64,000 bases of DNA. Source: a bacterium. GTDB taxonomy: Bacteria > Pseudomonadota > Alphaproteobacteria > Rs-D84 > CACZYB01. The number at the start of each line of letters is the position of its first letter. Positions within the stretch are counted from its first letter, which is position 1. The notes beneath the pieces were generated by a model. The model saw nothing but the letters and a program-made list of their open reading frames with translations. It did not search any database and was not told the origin of the DNA. Both the position numbers and the translations under genes were made by a program. The stretch covers positions 87,165-151,164 of the forward strand of contig JAAVBO010000003.1 in the NCBI GenBank assembly GCA_014803575.1. Reading direction: 5' to 3'. Shown here one piece after another: positions 47,951 through 57,822 of the stretch.

Positions 47951-48836
47951 ATGGAAAATTTACATAAATATCTGGAAAACAATAAAGTATTTCTTGCAAA
48001 GGTAATTCATTTTATTGATTATGCAGATACTGCACTTGATAAAAAATGTCTGGAAGATTTAAAAAATAGTAAATATAAAGGGCATTATGAAATAAATAAC
48101 TTTAAGAAAAGATGGAAAAGTTTATGGTTTTGTAGCTAAGGCTAAGCATAAATTATTAATAGAAAAATTTGGTGCAAATAAAAAAGATAGTCTTGTTAAA
48201 AATTGTCTAGTAATTTTTATCTCTGATGCAGCTCAAGTTGTTGGATATTATAAAGATGCAACAATATATAGAAATTCTCAATCAAATGAATTTTCTGATT
48301 ATTATTTTTTTGAGGCGGATGTAGAAAATACTTTCATTATATCTCCTTATAACAGATGGGATATAAAATTTTCGGATTTAAATTTTGGACAAGCTCAAAG
48401 AAAATATGTAGATGAGAAAAATAGAAAGGCAGTATCTGATATTTTAAAAAAATTAGAAAATAATGGTAAAGAAAATAATTTATATCAGGAAACATCAGAA
48501 TTAACAACTAAGGAAAAAAAGTTTTAGTTCCTCACCTAAAATGTGAAGGTAGAATATCTCAAAACATAGTTAATAAAATAAAAAAAGAAAAAGGATATAC
48601 TTGTGAAGTGTGTGGTTTTAATTTTTCTGTCCATTATAAACATTTTGAAATCTAATTTTATAGAATTGCATCATTTAAATATGTATAAAAATCTAAGAGA
48701 AAATGAAACTAGAAAATTAAATAAAAATGATTTTGCTGTATTATGTTCCAATTGTCATAGAATGATACATAAATTAAAATCAATTGAAGGAAATAAGAAG
48801 GATATAGAAAAATTAAAAAAACTTTATAAAAAATAA
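47951..48836 (+). pseudogene. Decayed HNH endonuclease gene (possibly a former type IV / McrA-like restriction enzyme) with multiple frameshifts
   Basis: The HNH core is split across frames: CEVCGFNF...HYKHFEI (stop), then ELHHL...NDFAVLCSNCHRMIH. The N-terminal ~190 aa are also split across at least two frames. Confidence 0.45.
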
Positions 48837-48968
48837 GAATTAAGAAATTTAATATATATCTTCTTTCCTATACCAGTCAGCACTAAACGAAAATTCTGAA
48901 AATGGAATAATGGGAGAAAAACAATAGGTTTGTGGATAATATAGAAAAGTTAGAGAATGGTTCACAAT

Positions 48969-49012
48969 CACCCACCAAAGTTTGAAAATCCTCCGAATGG
49001 GGGATTTTTTTT
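48969..49012 (+). repeat. Right 44-bp direct repeat (orphan tRNA-Lys 3' end plus trailer hairpin); attR-like
   Basis: A copy of 43309-43352 with one mismatch (a at 48996 versus t at 43336). No tRNA body lies upstream. Confidence 0.7.
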
Positions 49013-49192
49013 GAAAGACTATGTTTGAAATGTTTTAAAAATTAATGATTGTTCTAATTTTGTTCTTGACTTTTTTACAAAAATAGTGTATAGTATTTTC
49101 TGACTAATGGGATAAGTCTCTCTCCACTATTAGTTATTGATTTTTTAATTTTAATACTCACATCTCTGTGGGTATTTTTTCTATTTAAAGGA

Positions 49193-49384
49193 GTGATAAT
49201 GAAAAAAATATTTGAATTTTTATTAACTGCACTTAAAAAGTGTTTTGTGAAACCTGATGGTCAAATAGGACTTAAACGAATATTGGGAACTTTGTTGGTT
49301 TTAAGTTATATCGGTGTTTCCATATATACAAATTCGTTTGAAAATCCGGTTGCAATATTAACCTTATTATTTTCAGGAGTGTAA
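49193..49384 (+). CDS. Small membrane protein, holin-like
   Basis: 63 aa with two hydrophobic segments, lying immediately upstream of the spanin-like and endolysin genes. Confidence 0.3.
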   Translation: MIMKKIFEFLLTALKKCFVKPDGQIGLKRILGTLLVLSYIGVSIYTNSFENPVAILTLLFSGV

Positions 49385-49386
49385 AT

Positions 49387-49578
49387 ATGAAGAAAGTTTA
49401 TTGTATTATGGCTGGGATTTTGGGAACCCTGCTTGTTTATTTTAAAGGAGAAGAAAATGGCGTGTCGAAACAAAAAGCAAAGCAAACTAAAAAAATTCTT
49501 AAAAAAGTTAATGCGAAAACTAAAATTAAAACTCGTGTTAATAATGTTGGTGTTGACAAGTTGCACTACCGAGATTGA
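49387..49578 (+). CDS. i-spanin-like protein (N-terminal TM plus a Lys-rich periplasmic segment)
   Basis: MKKVYCIMAGILGTLLVYF TM helix followed by a charged segment. The putative lipoprotein gene overlaps its 3' end in the +1 frame. Confidence 0.25.
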   Translation: MKKVYCIMAGILGTLLVYFKGEENGVSKQKAKQTKKILKKVNAKTKIKTRVNNVGVDKLHYRD

Positions 49579-49687
49579 TAGTTTTTGTTCCATATATGAA
49601 CCTATACTTCCAAGCAGACAGGATACTTTGGAAACTTCGCGTCATCTTAATCTTTATTATGAAATTTATGTGAGTGAATGCAAATGA
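49511..49687 (+). CDS. o-spanin-like small lipoprotein overlapping the i-spanin-like gene
   Basis: MRKLKLKLVLIMLVLTSC has lipobox LTSC. The ORF overlaps the 49387 gene out of frame (Rz/Rz1-like arrangement), and its stop overlaps the endolysin start (ATGCAAATGA). Confidence 0.3.
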   Translation: MRKLKLKLVLIMLVLTSCTTEIDSFCSIYEPILPSRQDTLETSRHLNLYYEIYVSECK

Positions 49688-50094
49688 ATTCTTTGATAAA
49701 AAAGTATGAGGGATGTTTCCTTGTTGCCTATAAATGTCCGGCCGGTGTTTGGACTATTGGTTATGGAAATACAAATGTTGATGGAGTGCCTGTTTATGAA
49801 GGAATGAGTATTACACAGGATAGAGCGGAGGTACTTCTTTCTGAATGGATAGAAAATGAAGTTAAGCCATACATTTCCGACCTTAATTTAAAAGGAAAAC
49901 AGCTTGAAGCTATAATTTCCCTTGTTTATAATGTTGGAGGTCCGGCATTTAAAAAATCCAAACTTAGACAGGCAATACTTAACAAAGATTATGAGTCCGT
50001 GTGTCGCGAATGGGATTTTGGTTTTAAATCCAATCTTAAAGGTATATATAAAAGAAGGGTTGAAGAACTTTTTCTTTTCATAAGTGAAATATAA
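49678..50094 (+). CDS. Phage-type lysozyme (GH24 endolysin)
   Basis: YEGCFLVAYKCPAGVWTIGYGNT ... LVYNVGGPAFKKSKLRQAILNKDYESVCREW. A Cys occupies the position of the conserved second catalytic Asp (YKC versus YKD). Confidence 0.75.
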   Translation: MQMNSLIKKYEGCFLVAYKCPAGVWTIGYGNTNVDGVPVYEGMSITQDRAEVLLSEWIENEVKPYISDLNLKGKQLEAIISLVYNVGGPAFKKSKLRQAILNKDYESVCREWDFGFKSNLKGIYKRRVEELFLFISEI

Positions 50095-50095
50095 T

Positions 50096-50128
50096 CTCTC
50101 CCCATCATCATAGGTGGGGAGTTTTTTT
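50096..50128 (+). terminator. Terminator after the endolysin gene
   Basis: ctcccca-tcatcatagg-tggggag followed by a T7 run. Confidence 0.6.
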
Positions 50129-50150
50129 ATATTTAATATAGGAGGAAAAT

Positions 50151-50987
50151 ATGACAAAGATATTAAAAAGGATAGAAGATTTAATGCTATCCGATGCTTA
50201 TACAAACTTATCAAATCCTAAACATAAAGAAGTAACGGATGAGGTAAGCAAGTATTTCAAAGAGAATTTTAAAGATGGTCCAAATAGCAAAAAGAAATAT
50301 AAGTGGGTATGTGGTCCAAAAGATAATTGTGGATATTGTGCATTATTAAACGGGAAGATGTTGGATAATATGGAAGATTTTGAGGTATGTCCTCCAGTTC
50401 ATCCTAATTGTAAATGTGAGATTATAGAGGTATGGGTTGAGGAAGAGGATGATGAGGAAATAAAAATTAGTGATAAAGGTATAGAATTTTTGAAAGAACA
50501 AGAAGGCAGTATAACTTATCAAAAGAAAATAGGATCGTATAAAGATGGGATGTTTCGTGTATATAAAGATAATGCTGGATATGATACTATTGGATACGGA
50601 CATAAATTAAAAGAAAATGAAAAAAATAGAGGAGTTTTCAAGAATGGTATTACAGAAGAAGAAGCAGAAAAACTGTTACTTAAAGATTACCAAGTTGCTA
50701 TTGATGATTATAATAAATATATAAAAAGAAAAGACTATACTCAAAATCAAGTTGACGCAATTTTATCTTTCTTGTATAATGCAGGAGGTGGTGTCAATGT
50801 TGGAAAATCCAATACTGTATACTTATTAAAAAATAAATTAGATAAACATCCTGTCAGTAAGAAGATATTGGAAAAAGAATTTAAGGAATGGAATACATCA
50901 GATGGAGAATATAATGATGTTTTAAACAAAAGGAGAAATGCAGAATGGGAATTATTTACAAAGGGAAAATACAAAGTAAAAAAATAA
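50151..50987 (+). CDS. Fusion of a MuF-like Cys-motif module to a GH24 lysozyme (paralog of 4543..5502); no signal peptide
   Basis: CGYCALLNGKML...VCPPVHPNCKCEI, then FLKEQEG...VYKDNAGYDTIGYGHKL and ILSFLYNAGGG lysozyme motifs. Confidence 0.55.
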   Translation: MTKILKRIEDLMLSDAYTNLSNPKHKEVTDEVSKYFKENFKDGPNSKKKYKWVCGPKDNCGYCALLNGKMLDNMEDFEVCPPVHPNCKCEIIEVWVEEEDDEEIKISDKGIEFLKEQEGSITYQKKIGSYKDGMFRVYKDNAGYDTIGYGHKLKENEKNRGVFKNGITEEEAEKLLLKDYQVAIDDYNKYIKRKDYTQNQVDAILSFLYNAGGGVNVGKSNTVYLLKNKLDKHPVSKKILEKEFKEWNTSDGEYNDVLNKRRNAEWELFTKGKYKVKK

Positions 50988-51469
50988 TAATTTTTGTATT
51001 ACTACTTATAATTTCTTCTGTCTCAGTAAAAGCTGAAGACTGTAAAGAAGAGGATTATGATAGATTTTTTAATTTTATAGAAAAAAAAGTCTATTGCGAT
51101 TTGGAAGGTGATGGTAACGGTTGGGATAAATTATGTAATGATCAAATAAATTGTTATGGCTTAGGAGCGGGGGCAATAGATTGTATTGGAACAGAATTAA
51201 AAGCTTGTGATAAACTATTGAATGAAGAATATCAGAAAGCAATGGAACGAGCAAAAGAGTATGATGATTGTGAAAGAGATAAACCTTATGGTAAAAAATG
51301 CCATTGGGAACGTTTAAAACAAGCAGAACTTAGTTGGATAAAATTTAGAGATGAAGATTGTGAAGTTGATGTTAATTTTTACGCAAGTGTTAGTAGTCTT
51401 GATATTGTTGTTTGTCGTAGAGAAAAAACAAAAGAAAGAATAAAACAATTAAGACAGTTTTTTAAATAA
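50945..51469 (+). CDS. Periplasmic DUF1311 / LprI-like (lysozyme-inhibitor family) protein
   Basis: Signal peptide, then CDKLLNEEYQKAMERAK ... LKQAELSWIKFRDEDCE, matching the DUF1311 pattern L..aQraW..yRD..C as I recall it. The start overlaps the preceding gene by 43 nt. Confidence 0.5.
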   Translation: MGIIYKGKIQSKKIIIFVLLLIISSVSVKAEDCKEEDYDRFFNFIEKKVYCDLEGDGNGWDKLCNDQINCYGLGAGAIDCIGTELKACDKLLNEEYQKAMERAKEYDDCERDKPYGKKCHWERLKQAELSWIKFRDEDCEVDVNFYASVSSLDIVVCRREKTKERIKQLRQFFK

Positions 51470-51546
51470 AATTTTCATCAAATCAAATAGGCAATGACAG
51501 AAATAATTGGCGACAAGATAAACTATTATCAATTATAGAATAAAAA

Positions 51547-51566
51547 AAAGGGAGATTACTCTCCTT
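51547..51566. terminator. Bidirectional terminator (ggaga-ttac-tctcc)
   Basis: A hairpin flanked by an A8 run and T-rich sequence, between convergent genes. Confidence 0.5.
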
Positions 51567-52077
51567 TATATCTGTTTGCTGTAACATTAGTCACTTTACA
51601 AAAAGCAGAAAAGGTTTCATGTGTGTAGCAATCATTTTTTATATATTGTTTTTTACCGGGATAATAAATTGCCATTATTATATCATACATATATTTTTCA
51701 GGAGCATTATATAATTTTAGATAAGGTCTGGATGGAGGATATGATGATATATCCCTATTTGCAGAATAATCACATTCAAGGTAAATATATTCATCAGTTA
51801 TGTCATCTATATCACATGTAAAATGTTCAATATGGGAATAATCAAGAAATGTATCAATATTTATTATTTTTATTTTATCATCCATTTTAGTTATTGCTAA
51901 ACTCATTGATTCAGGATCATCTGAAGTATAAACTCCAAAAAAATCATCAATGGATAAAACTTTCTCCTCTTCCGCCCAAACAGGAACAGAAAGAAGCAAA
52001 AATAATATAGCAAAAATCTTTTTCATAAAAATCTCCTTATTATGAATAATGATACCAGAGCAGGGTATTAAATGCAA
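51556..52077 (-). CDS. Hypothetical secreted protein
   Basis: Signal peptide MKKIFAILFLLLSVPVWA; the true start is likely at ~52026. No recognisable domain. Confidence 0.4.
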   Translation of the reverse strand: MHLIPCSGIIIHNKEIFMKKIFAILFLLLSVPVWAEEEKVLSIDDFFGVYTSDDPESMSLAITKMDDKIKIINIDTFLDYSHIEHFTCDIDDITDEYIYLECDYSANRDISSYPPSRPYLKLYNAPEKYMYDIIMAIYYPGKKQYIKNDCYTHETFSAFCKVTNVTANRYKGE

Positions 52078-52135
52078 TGAAATAGTTGACTGGAGGATTG
52101 GACAGTTATATTATTTTTATGAAAGGTGAATTCAA

Positions 52136-52606
52136 ATGATAAAAGTTTTATTTGTATGTTTGGGAAATATTTGTCGTTCTCCCATGGCTCAGTTCGTGTT
52201 TCAACAAATGGTTGATAATGCTGGATTGTGTGATAAGTTTGAGATAGATTCTGCCGGAACTGAGGGTTATAATGAAATGGCTCACGAAGGTATTCATTAT
52301 GGAACTAGGGAAATACTTACCCAAATGAAAGTTCCTTTTTCTGAGCATTATTCAAGGCGGATAAGAAAGGAAGATTACAACAAATTTAATTATATTATCG
52401 CGATGGATGAAAGCAATGTGGAGGATATTCAAGCTCTTATCGGCAAAGATAAAGATGGAAAAATAAGTATGCTTTTGGATTATACAAAGACCCCTCGTAA
52501 AATAAAGGACCCGTGGTATACTGGCAACTTTGATGAAACTTATTGGGATGTTGTTGACGGTTGTCAATCTTTCCTTGAGTTTTTAAAGAAACAAGGGAAA
52601 GTGTAA
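52136..52606 (+). CDS. Low-molecular-weight protein-tyrosine phosphatase
   Basis: VLFVCLGNICRSPMAQ, the CX5R(S/T) P-loop motif. 156 aa. Confidence 0.85.
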   Translation: MIKVLFVCLGNICRSPMAQFVFQQMVDNAGLCDKFEIDSAGTEGYNEMAHEGIHYGTREILTQMKVPFSEHYSRRIRKEDYNKFNYIIAMDESNVEDIQALIGKDKDGKISMLLDYTKTPRKIKDPWYTGNFDETYWDVVDGCQSFLEFLKKQGKV

Positions 52607-52608
52607 AG

Positions 52609-52685
52609 TGGTGCGCCATAGAGGAGTCGAACCTCTAACCTTCTGATCCGTAGTCAGATACTCTATCCAATTGAGCTAATGGCGC
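52609..52685 (-). tRNA. tRNA-Arg (anticodon ACG)
   Basis: 77 nt: GCGCCAT acceptor, anticodon loop CTACGGA, T-arm GGTTCGACTCC, and an encoded CCA. Confidence 0.8.
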
Positions 52686-53223
52686 AAAGATGCAAATATT
52701 ATATTATATTTTTCTTTAAATGCAAGTAAATTTTAAGAAAACATACCGAAGGGGTTATCTTTGCCAATTATCCATTGCGGTTATCATTTCCTTGGACACT
52801 GATTTTATAATTTGATTATCAGAAAGGTCGCGTTTTTTAACACTTGCTTTTAATTCATTATCAACTTTTTCTTTACGTGAAAGTATTTCTTTTTCAATAG
52901 AGTTAAAGTCAAATTTATTTAAGTCAATAGTTCTTTTATATCCGAATGTCTTCATAATAACCTACCTTTTTTTATTATAATAAAACAATGAAGGAAGATT
53001 TTCAAGTTTAAATTAGTTGACTTTCTCATCAAATCATAAGACAATATAAAAAGGAGAAAGTTATGTTTAAAGTGATATATCTTTTTGTATTTATAGTTTT
53101 TATAAGTGCTACTGCCTTTGCTCTTCGTGAATACGAAAGGTGCGAAGACAAAATGTTTCAATGTCTTGGCGAATACACAATAACTATAAAGGATAATATC
53201 AAATACCTTTATAAAAAATTTAA

Positions 53224-53772
53224 TTAATCAATAAATTTTACATAAGTATTCATATCAACAATCTTATCCTCATATTTGCAATATATATGTCTTTTTAACA
53301 CAGCTTCTAGTTCATATCCTGATTTAAGTGCGACATTTTGCGATTTTGTATTTTTATGATGAGTCATAATTACGAATTTTTGAATGCCAAGTATTTTTGA
53401 AAGTTCTTTTTCCATAAGGGAGACTGCTTCCATCATATATCCGTGGCCTGTATATTTATCGGAAATCCAATAACCAAATTCAGCATATTTGTCTTCTGCT
53501 CTATAATTATGTAAATCAATAAATCCCATAAAATTATTATCTTTGTCATAAATTATATAACCGAAATGATTGTCCGAATTTTCAAATGATGATAAGTAGT
53601 TATAATATGATTCCGGTGAAAAATCAAAAATCCAATTAAGGTATCTTGAAATAGTATCATAGCTTTCCATAGCTACTTTATAGCCAGTATTTGCAAGTTC
53701 AAACGATGGTTTTGGTTTTTGAAGATATATTCTTTCTCCTTCAATTCTTTCTGGTGTAATGATTTTTTCCAT
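53224..53772 (-). CDS. GNAT-family N-acetyltransferase (RimJ/RimL-like)
   Basis: Size and motif pattern of the GNAT fold (…GYIIYDKDNNFMGFIDL… and a motif A region HGYMMEAV). Confidence 0.7.
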   Translation of the reverse strand: MEKIITPERIEGERIYLQKPKPSFELANTGYKVAMESYDTISRYLNWIFDFSPESYYNYLSSFENSDNHFGYIIYDKDNNFMGFIDLHNYRAEDKYAEFGYWISDKYTGHGYMMEAVSLMEKELSKILGIQKFVIMTHHKNTKSQNVALKSGYELEAVLKRHIYCKYEDKIVDMNTYVKFID

Positions 53773-53782
53773 AATAACCTCC

Positions 53783-56581
53783 TTAATGTGCGTCTTTCCA
53801 GTTTTGGGCGATACCGATTTCTACAACCAATGGAACAGACAGTTTTACAATATTTTCCATGGTATCTTTTATAAGTTTGGATGCATATTCGATTTTATCA
53901 TCTCGCACTTCAAAAACAAGTTCGTCGTGGACTTGAAGAAGCATACGAATGTCATCAGTTAAGTTTTGCTCCCTTAAAGTATTTTGAATTTTTATCATAG
54001 CCATTTTCAAAATATCCGCTGCAGTTCCTTGTATAGGGGCATTGATTGCAGCCCGTTCCGCATAGGCTTTAAGGCGAGGATTGTTGATATTTGCGATAAA
54101 AGATTTACGCCCCATCGCGGTTTTGATATAGCCGTTTTGATGTGCGAAATCCTTTGTTTCTTCCATATACTTTTGTATTTCAGGGAAGTTTTTGAAATAG
54201 TTATCAATGTATGCCTTTGCCTCGGTTTGCGAAATGTTTAGTTGGTTTGCAAGCCCGAATGAAGAAATACCGTAAATAATACCAAAGTTTATTGCTTTTG
54301 CCTTACGTCTTGTATCCGAATCAAGTTCTGTTTCCGGTATACCGAAAACTTGTGAAGCTGTGCGAGTATGAATATCCACATTATCAAGGAATGCTTGCTT
54401 TAAATTTTTAACATCGGCAAAATCTGCCATTACTCTAAGTTCAATTTGAGAGTAGTCGGCGGAAAGGAGTTTAAACCCGTTTGAGGCGATAAAAGTTTTC
54501 CTTATATCCTTTCCCAAATCGGTCCTTATCGGTATGTTTTGAAGGTTCGGATTGTTGGAAGAAAGACGTCCGGTAGATGTTCCGCATTCAAAATAGTTTG
54601 TATGAACTCGCCCATCGCGTGGCAAAATTTGTTTTGGAAGAGTATCTGTATAAGTTCCCTTTAATTTCGCAATCTCACGATACTTTAAAACTTTATCCGC
54701 GATTTCGTATCCTTGATATGAAAGTTGTTTTAAAACATCAATGTCAGTTGAATATCCGTCAGTGGATTTTTTCTTTGCTGGATATGGAAGTCCCATTGTA
54801 TCAAACAACATTTCGCCAAGTTGTTTTGGTGAAAGTATATTAAATGAAACTCCTGTTATTGCGAAAATTTCACCCTCCAAACCGGAAAGAATTTTTTCAA
54901 ACTCTATACTTAAATCGGAAAGTGTCTGACTGTCAATTTTAATTCCCCATTCTTCCATAGAAAACAGAATATAGACAAGTGGCAAATCCATATCGTAATA
55001 GATTTTTGAAAGTTCCTTATCTGCATCCAGTCTTTCCTTAAATATATTATAAAGGCGAAGTGTGATGTCTGCATCTTCCGCCGCATAGTCAAGTGCCTTT
55101 TCAAGTGGAGCTTCTGCAAATGTGATTTGAGCCTTCCCGCTTCCGCAAACATCGGCAAAATGTATTGTGGAATAGTTAAGGTGATTTAATGCCAAATCGT
55201 CCATATTATGAAGGTTTTTTGTGCTGTCTAAATCATAACTCATCACCATAGTATCTTCAACAGGATACACATCTATACCAAGCTGTTTGAAAATGTGCAT
55301 ATCGTATTTTATGTTGTGCCCTATTTTTACAACTTCCGGATTTTCAAGTAAAGGTTTAATGTAGCTTGTCAGCTCATTAACAGGGATTTGATTTTCTACA
55401 AGTGTATCTTGTCCGTCATTAAATAAATCGGTGCCGTCAAAAACTTTTTTAATGTGATGTATGGGAATGTAGCAGGCTTCTCCTTCATCTGTTGCAATGG
55501 ACATTCCTACGATAGAGGCGGAAAGGCTGTCAAGTCCCGTGGTTTCCGTATCAACTGCAAAGCGTTTTGCTTCCTCACATTTCTTTATCCACTTTTGAAG
55601 TGTTTCAATATCACGAACAAGTTCATAATGCTTTTCAACATTGTTGATTACTGGTTTGTTTATTATAGTCGGTTCATTAGTTGTATCAGTGGTCGGAACT
55701 GGAGTTTTTGAAACTTCCTCAATAAACTTATTTGCCTTTGAAATAAGGGATTTGAATTCCATTTCATTTATAAATGAAAGAAGTTTTTCCGCATCAACCG
55801 GTGTTTTTTTAAGTGTATCCAAAGGGGTTGCAAGTGGTACATCTTTTTTAAGTGTTGCAAGCTGTTTTGAAATTTTTGCAAGCTCTGTATTGGTTTCAAT
55901 GGTTTCACGGCGTTTGTCCTGTTTTATGTTTCTTGCATTTTCAAGAAGTGATTCAAGTGAACCATATTTGTTGATAAGTTCTGCCGCGGTCTTTGGTCCG
56001 ATACCCTTTACCCCGGGGATATTATCGGTTGAATCACCAATTAACGCCTGCACATCAACAACTTTGTTTGGTTCAACACCGAATTTATCAAGGACTGTTT
56101 GTTTATTAACTTCCTTTTGCTTTAATGGGTCGAATATAGAAACTTTGTCTGTTAAAAGTTGCATCAAGTCCTTATCTGATGAATAAATAACAGCAGTGTC
56201 GCCATTTTCCTCTATTTGATGAGCATAGGTTGCAATTAAATCATCCGCTTCAAATCCAAGTTGTTCGATTGATGGAAGATTGAATGCCTCCACCGCCTTT
56301 CGGATATAGGCGAATTGCGGGATAAGTTCCTCTGGCGTTTCACTCCTGTTTGCCTTATATTCCGGATAAATATCGTTTCTGAAATTTTTTCTGGCGGCAT
56401 CAAAAATCACAGCAACTATTTCATCCTTTCCATCCCTTTCAATAAGGAGTTTCAAAAGCATATTGCAAAAGCCATATACTGCACCAACCGGTAAATTATC
56501 GCTTCTTGAAATAGGTGGGAGAGCATAAAATGCACGAAAGATAAATCCTGAGCCATCAACCAAAATATATTTTTTATTCAT
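53783..56581 (-). CDS. polA: DNA polymerase I
   Basis: 932 aa with a 5'-3' exonuclease domain (ILVDGSGFIFRAFYA), a 3'-5' exonuclease domain, and polymerase motifs RRKAKAINFGIIYG and LLQVHDELVFE. Confidence 0.95.
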   Translation of the reverse strand: MNKKYILVDGSGFIFRAFYALPPISRSDNLPVGAVYGFCNMLLKLLIERDGKDEIVAVIFDAARKNFRNDIYPEYKANRSETPEELIPQFAYIRKAVEAFNLPSIEQLGFEADDLIATYAHQIEENGDTAVIYSSDKDLMQLLTDKVSIFDPLKQKEVNKQTVLDKFGVEPNKVVDVQALIGDSTDNIPGVKGIGPKTAAELINKYGSLESLLENARNIKQDKRRETIETNTELAKISKQLATLKKDVPLATPLDTLKKTPVDAEKLLSFINEMEFKSLISKANKFIEEVSKTPVPTTDTTNEPTIINKPVINNVEKHYELVRDIETLQKWIKKCEEAKRFAVDTETTGLDSLSASIVGMSIATDEGEACYIPIHHIKKVFDGTDLFNDGQDTLVENQIPVNELTSYIKPLLENPEVVKIGHNIKYDMHIFKQLGIDVYPVEDTMVMSYDLDSTKNLHNMDDLALNHLNYSTIHFADVCGSGKAQITFAEAPLEKALDYAAEDADITLRLYNIFKERLDADKELSKIYYDMDLPLVYILFSMEEWGIKIDSQTLSDLSIEFEKILSGLEGEIFAITGVSFNILSPKQLGEMLFDTMGLPYPAKKKSTDGYSTDIDVLKQLSYQGYEIADKVLKYREIAKLKGTYTDTLPKQILPRDGRVHTNYFECGTSTGRLSSNNPNLQNIPIRTDLGKDIRKTFIASNGFKLLSADYSQIELRVMADFADVKNLKQAFLDNVDIHTRTASQVFGIPETELDSDTRRKAKAINFGIIYGISSFGLANQLNISQTEAKAYIDNYFKNFPEIQKYMEETKDFAHQNGYIKTAMGRKSFIANINNPRLKAYAERAAINAPIQGTAADILKMAMIKIQNTLREQNLTDDIRMLLQVHDELVFEVRDDKIEYASKLIKDTMENIVKLSVPLVVEIGIAQNWKDAH

Positions 56582-56691
56582 ATCAAACCTTTTCCTTAAA
56601 ATTCCTTATATGAATGATTATATAGGTAAAATGTGAAAATACAATAAAATAAATGTTGCATTTTTTCCTTTGTCTTGGTAATTTTTTATAA

Positions 56692-57819
<1,128 letters not shown>

Positions 57820-57822
57820 TTG

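Larger units (their letters stand above)
43318..49012. mobile_element. About 5.7-kb genomic island integrated at the tRNA-Lys(TTT) 3' end, carrying defence and toxin-antitoxin cargo; no integrase retained
   Basis: Bounded by 44-bp direct repeats. The right repeat is preceded by an orphan tRNA 3'-end fragment (ggttcacaatcacccacca). Cargo: two HNH nuclease pseudogenes, a TpsB remnant, an AAA_21/RloB pair, and a DinJ-like antitoxin. Confidence 0.6.

Noticed and set aside
43318-49012. The serine recombinase at 40223..40834 as the integrase of the tRNA-Lys island
   Set aside because: At 203 aa it belongs to the small invertase/resolvase class. tRNA-site integration is carried out by tyrosine integrases or large (>400 aa) serine recombinases. 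It also lies outside the repeat-bounded segment.
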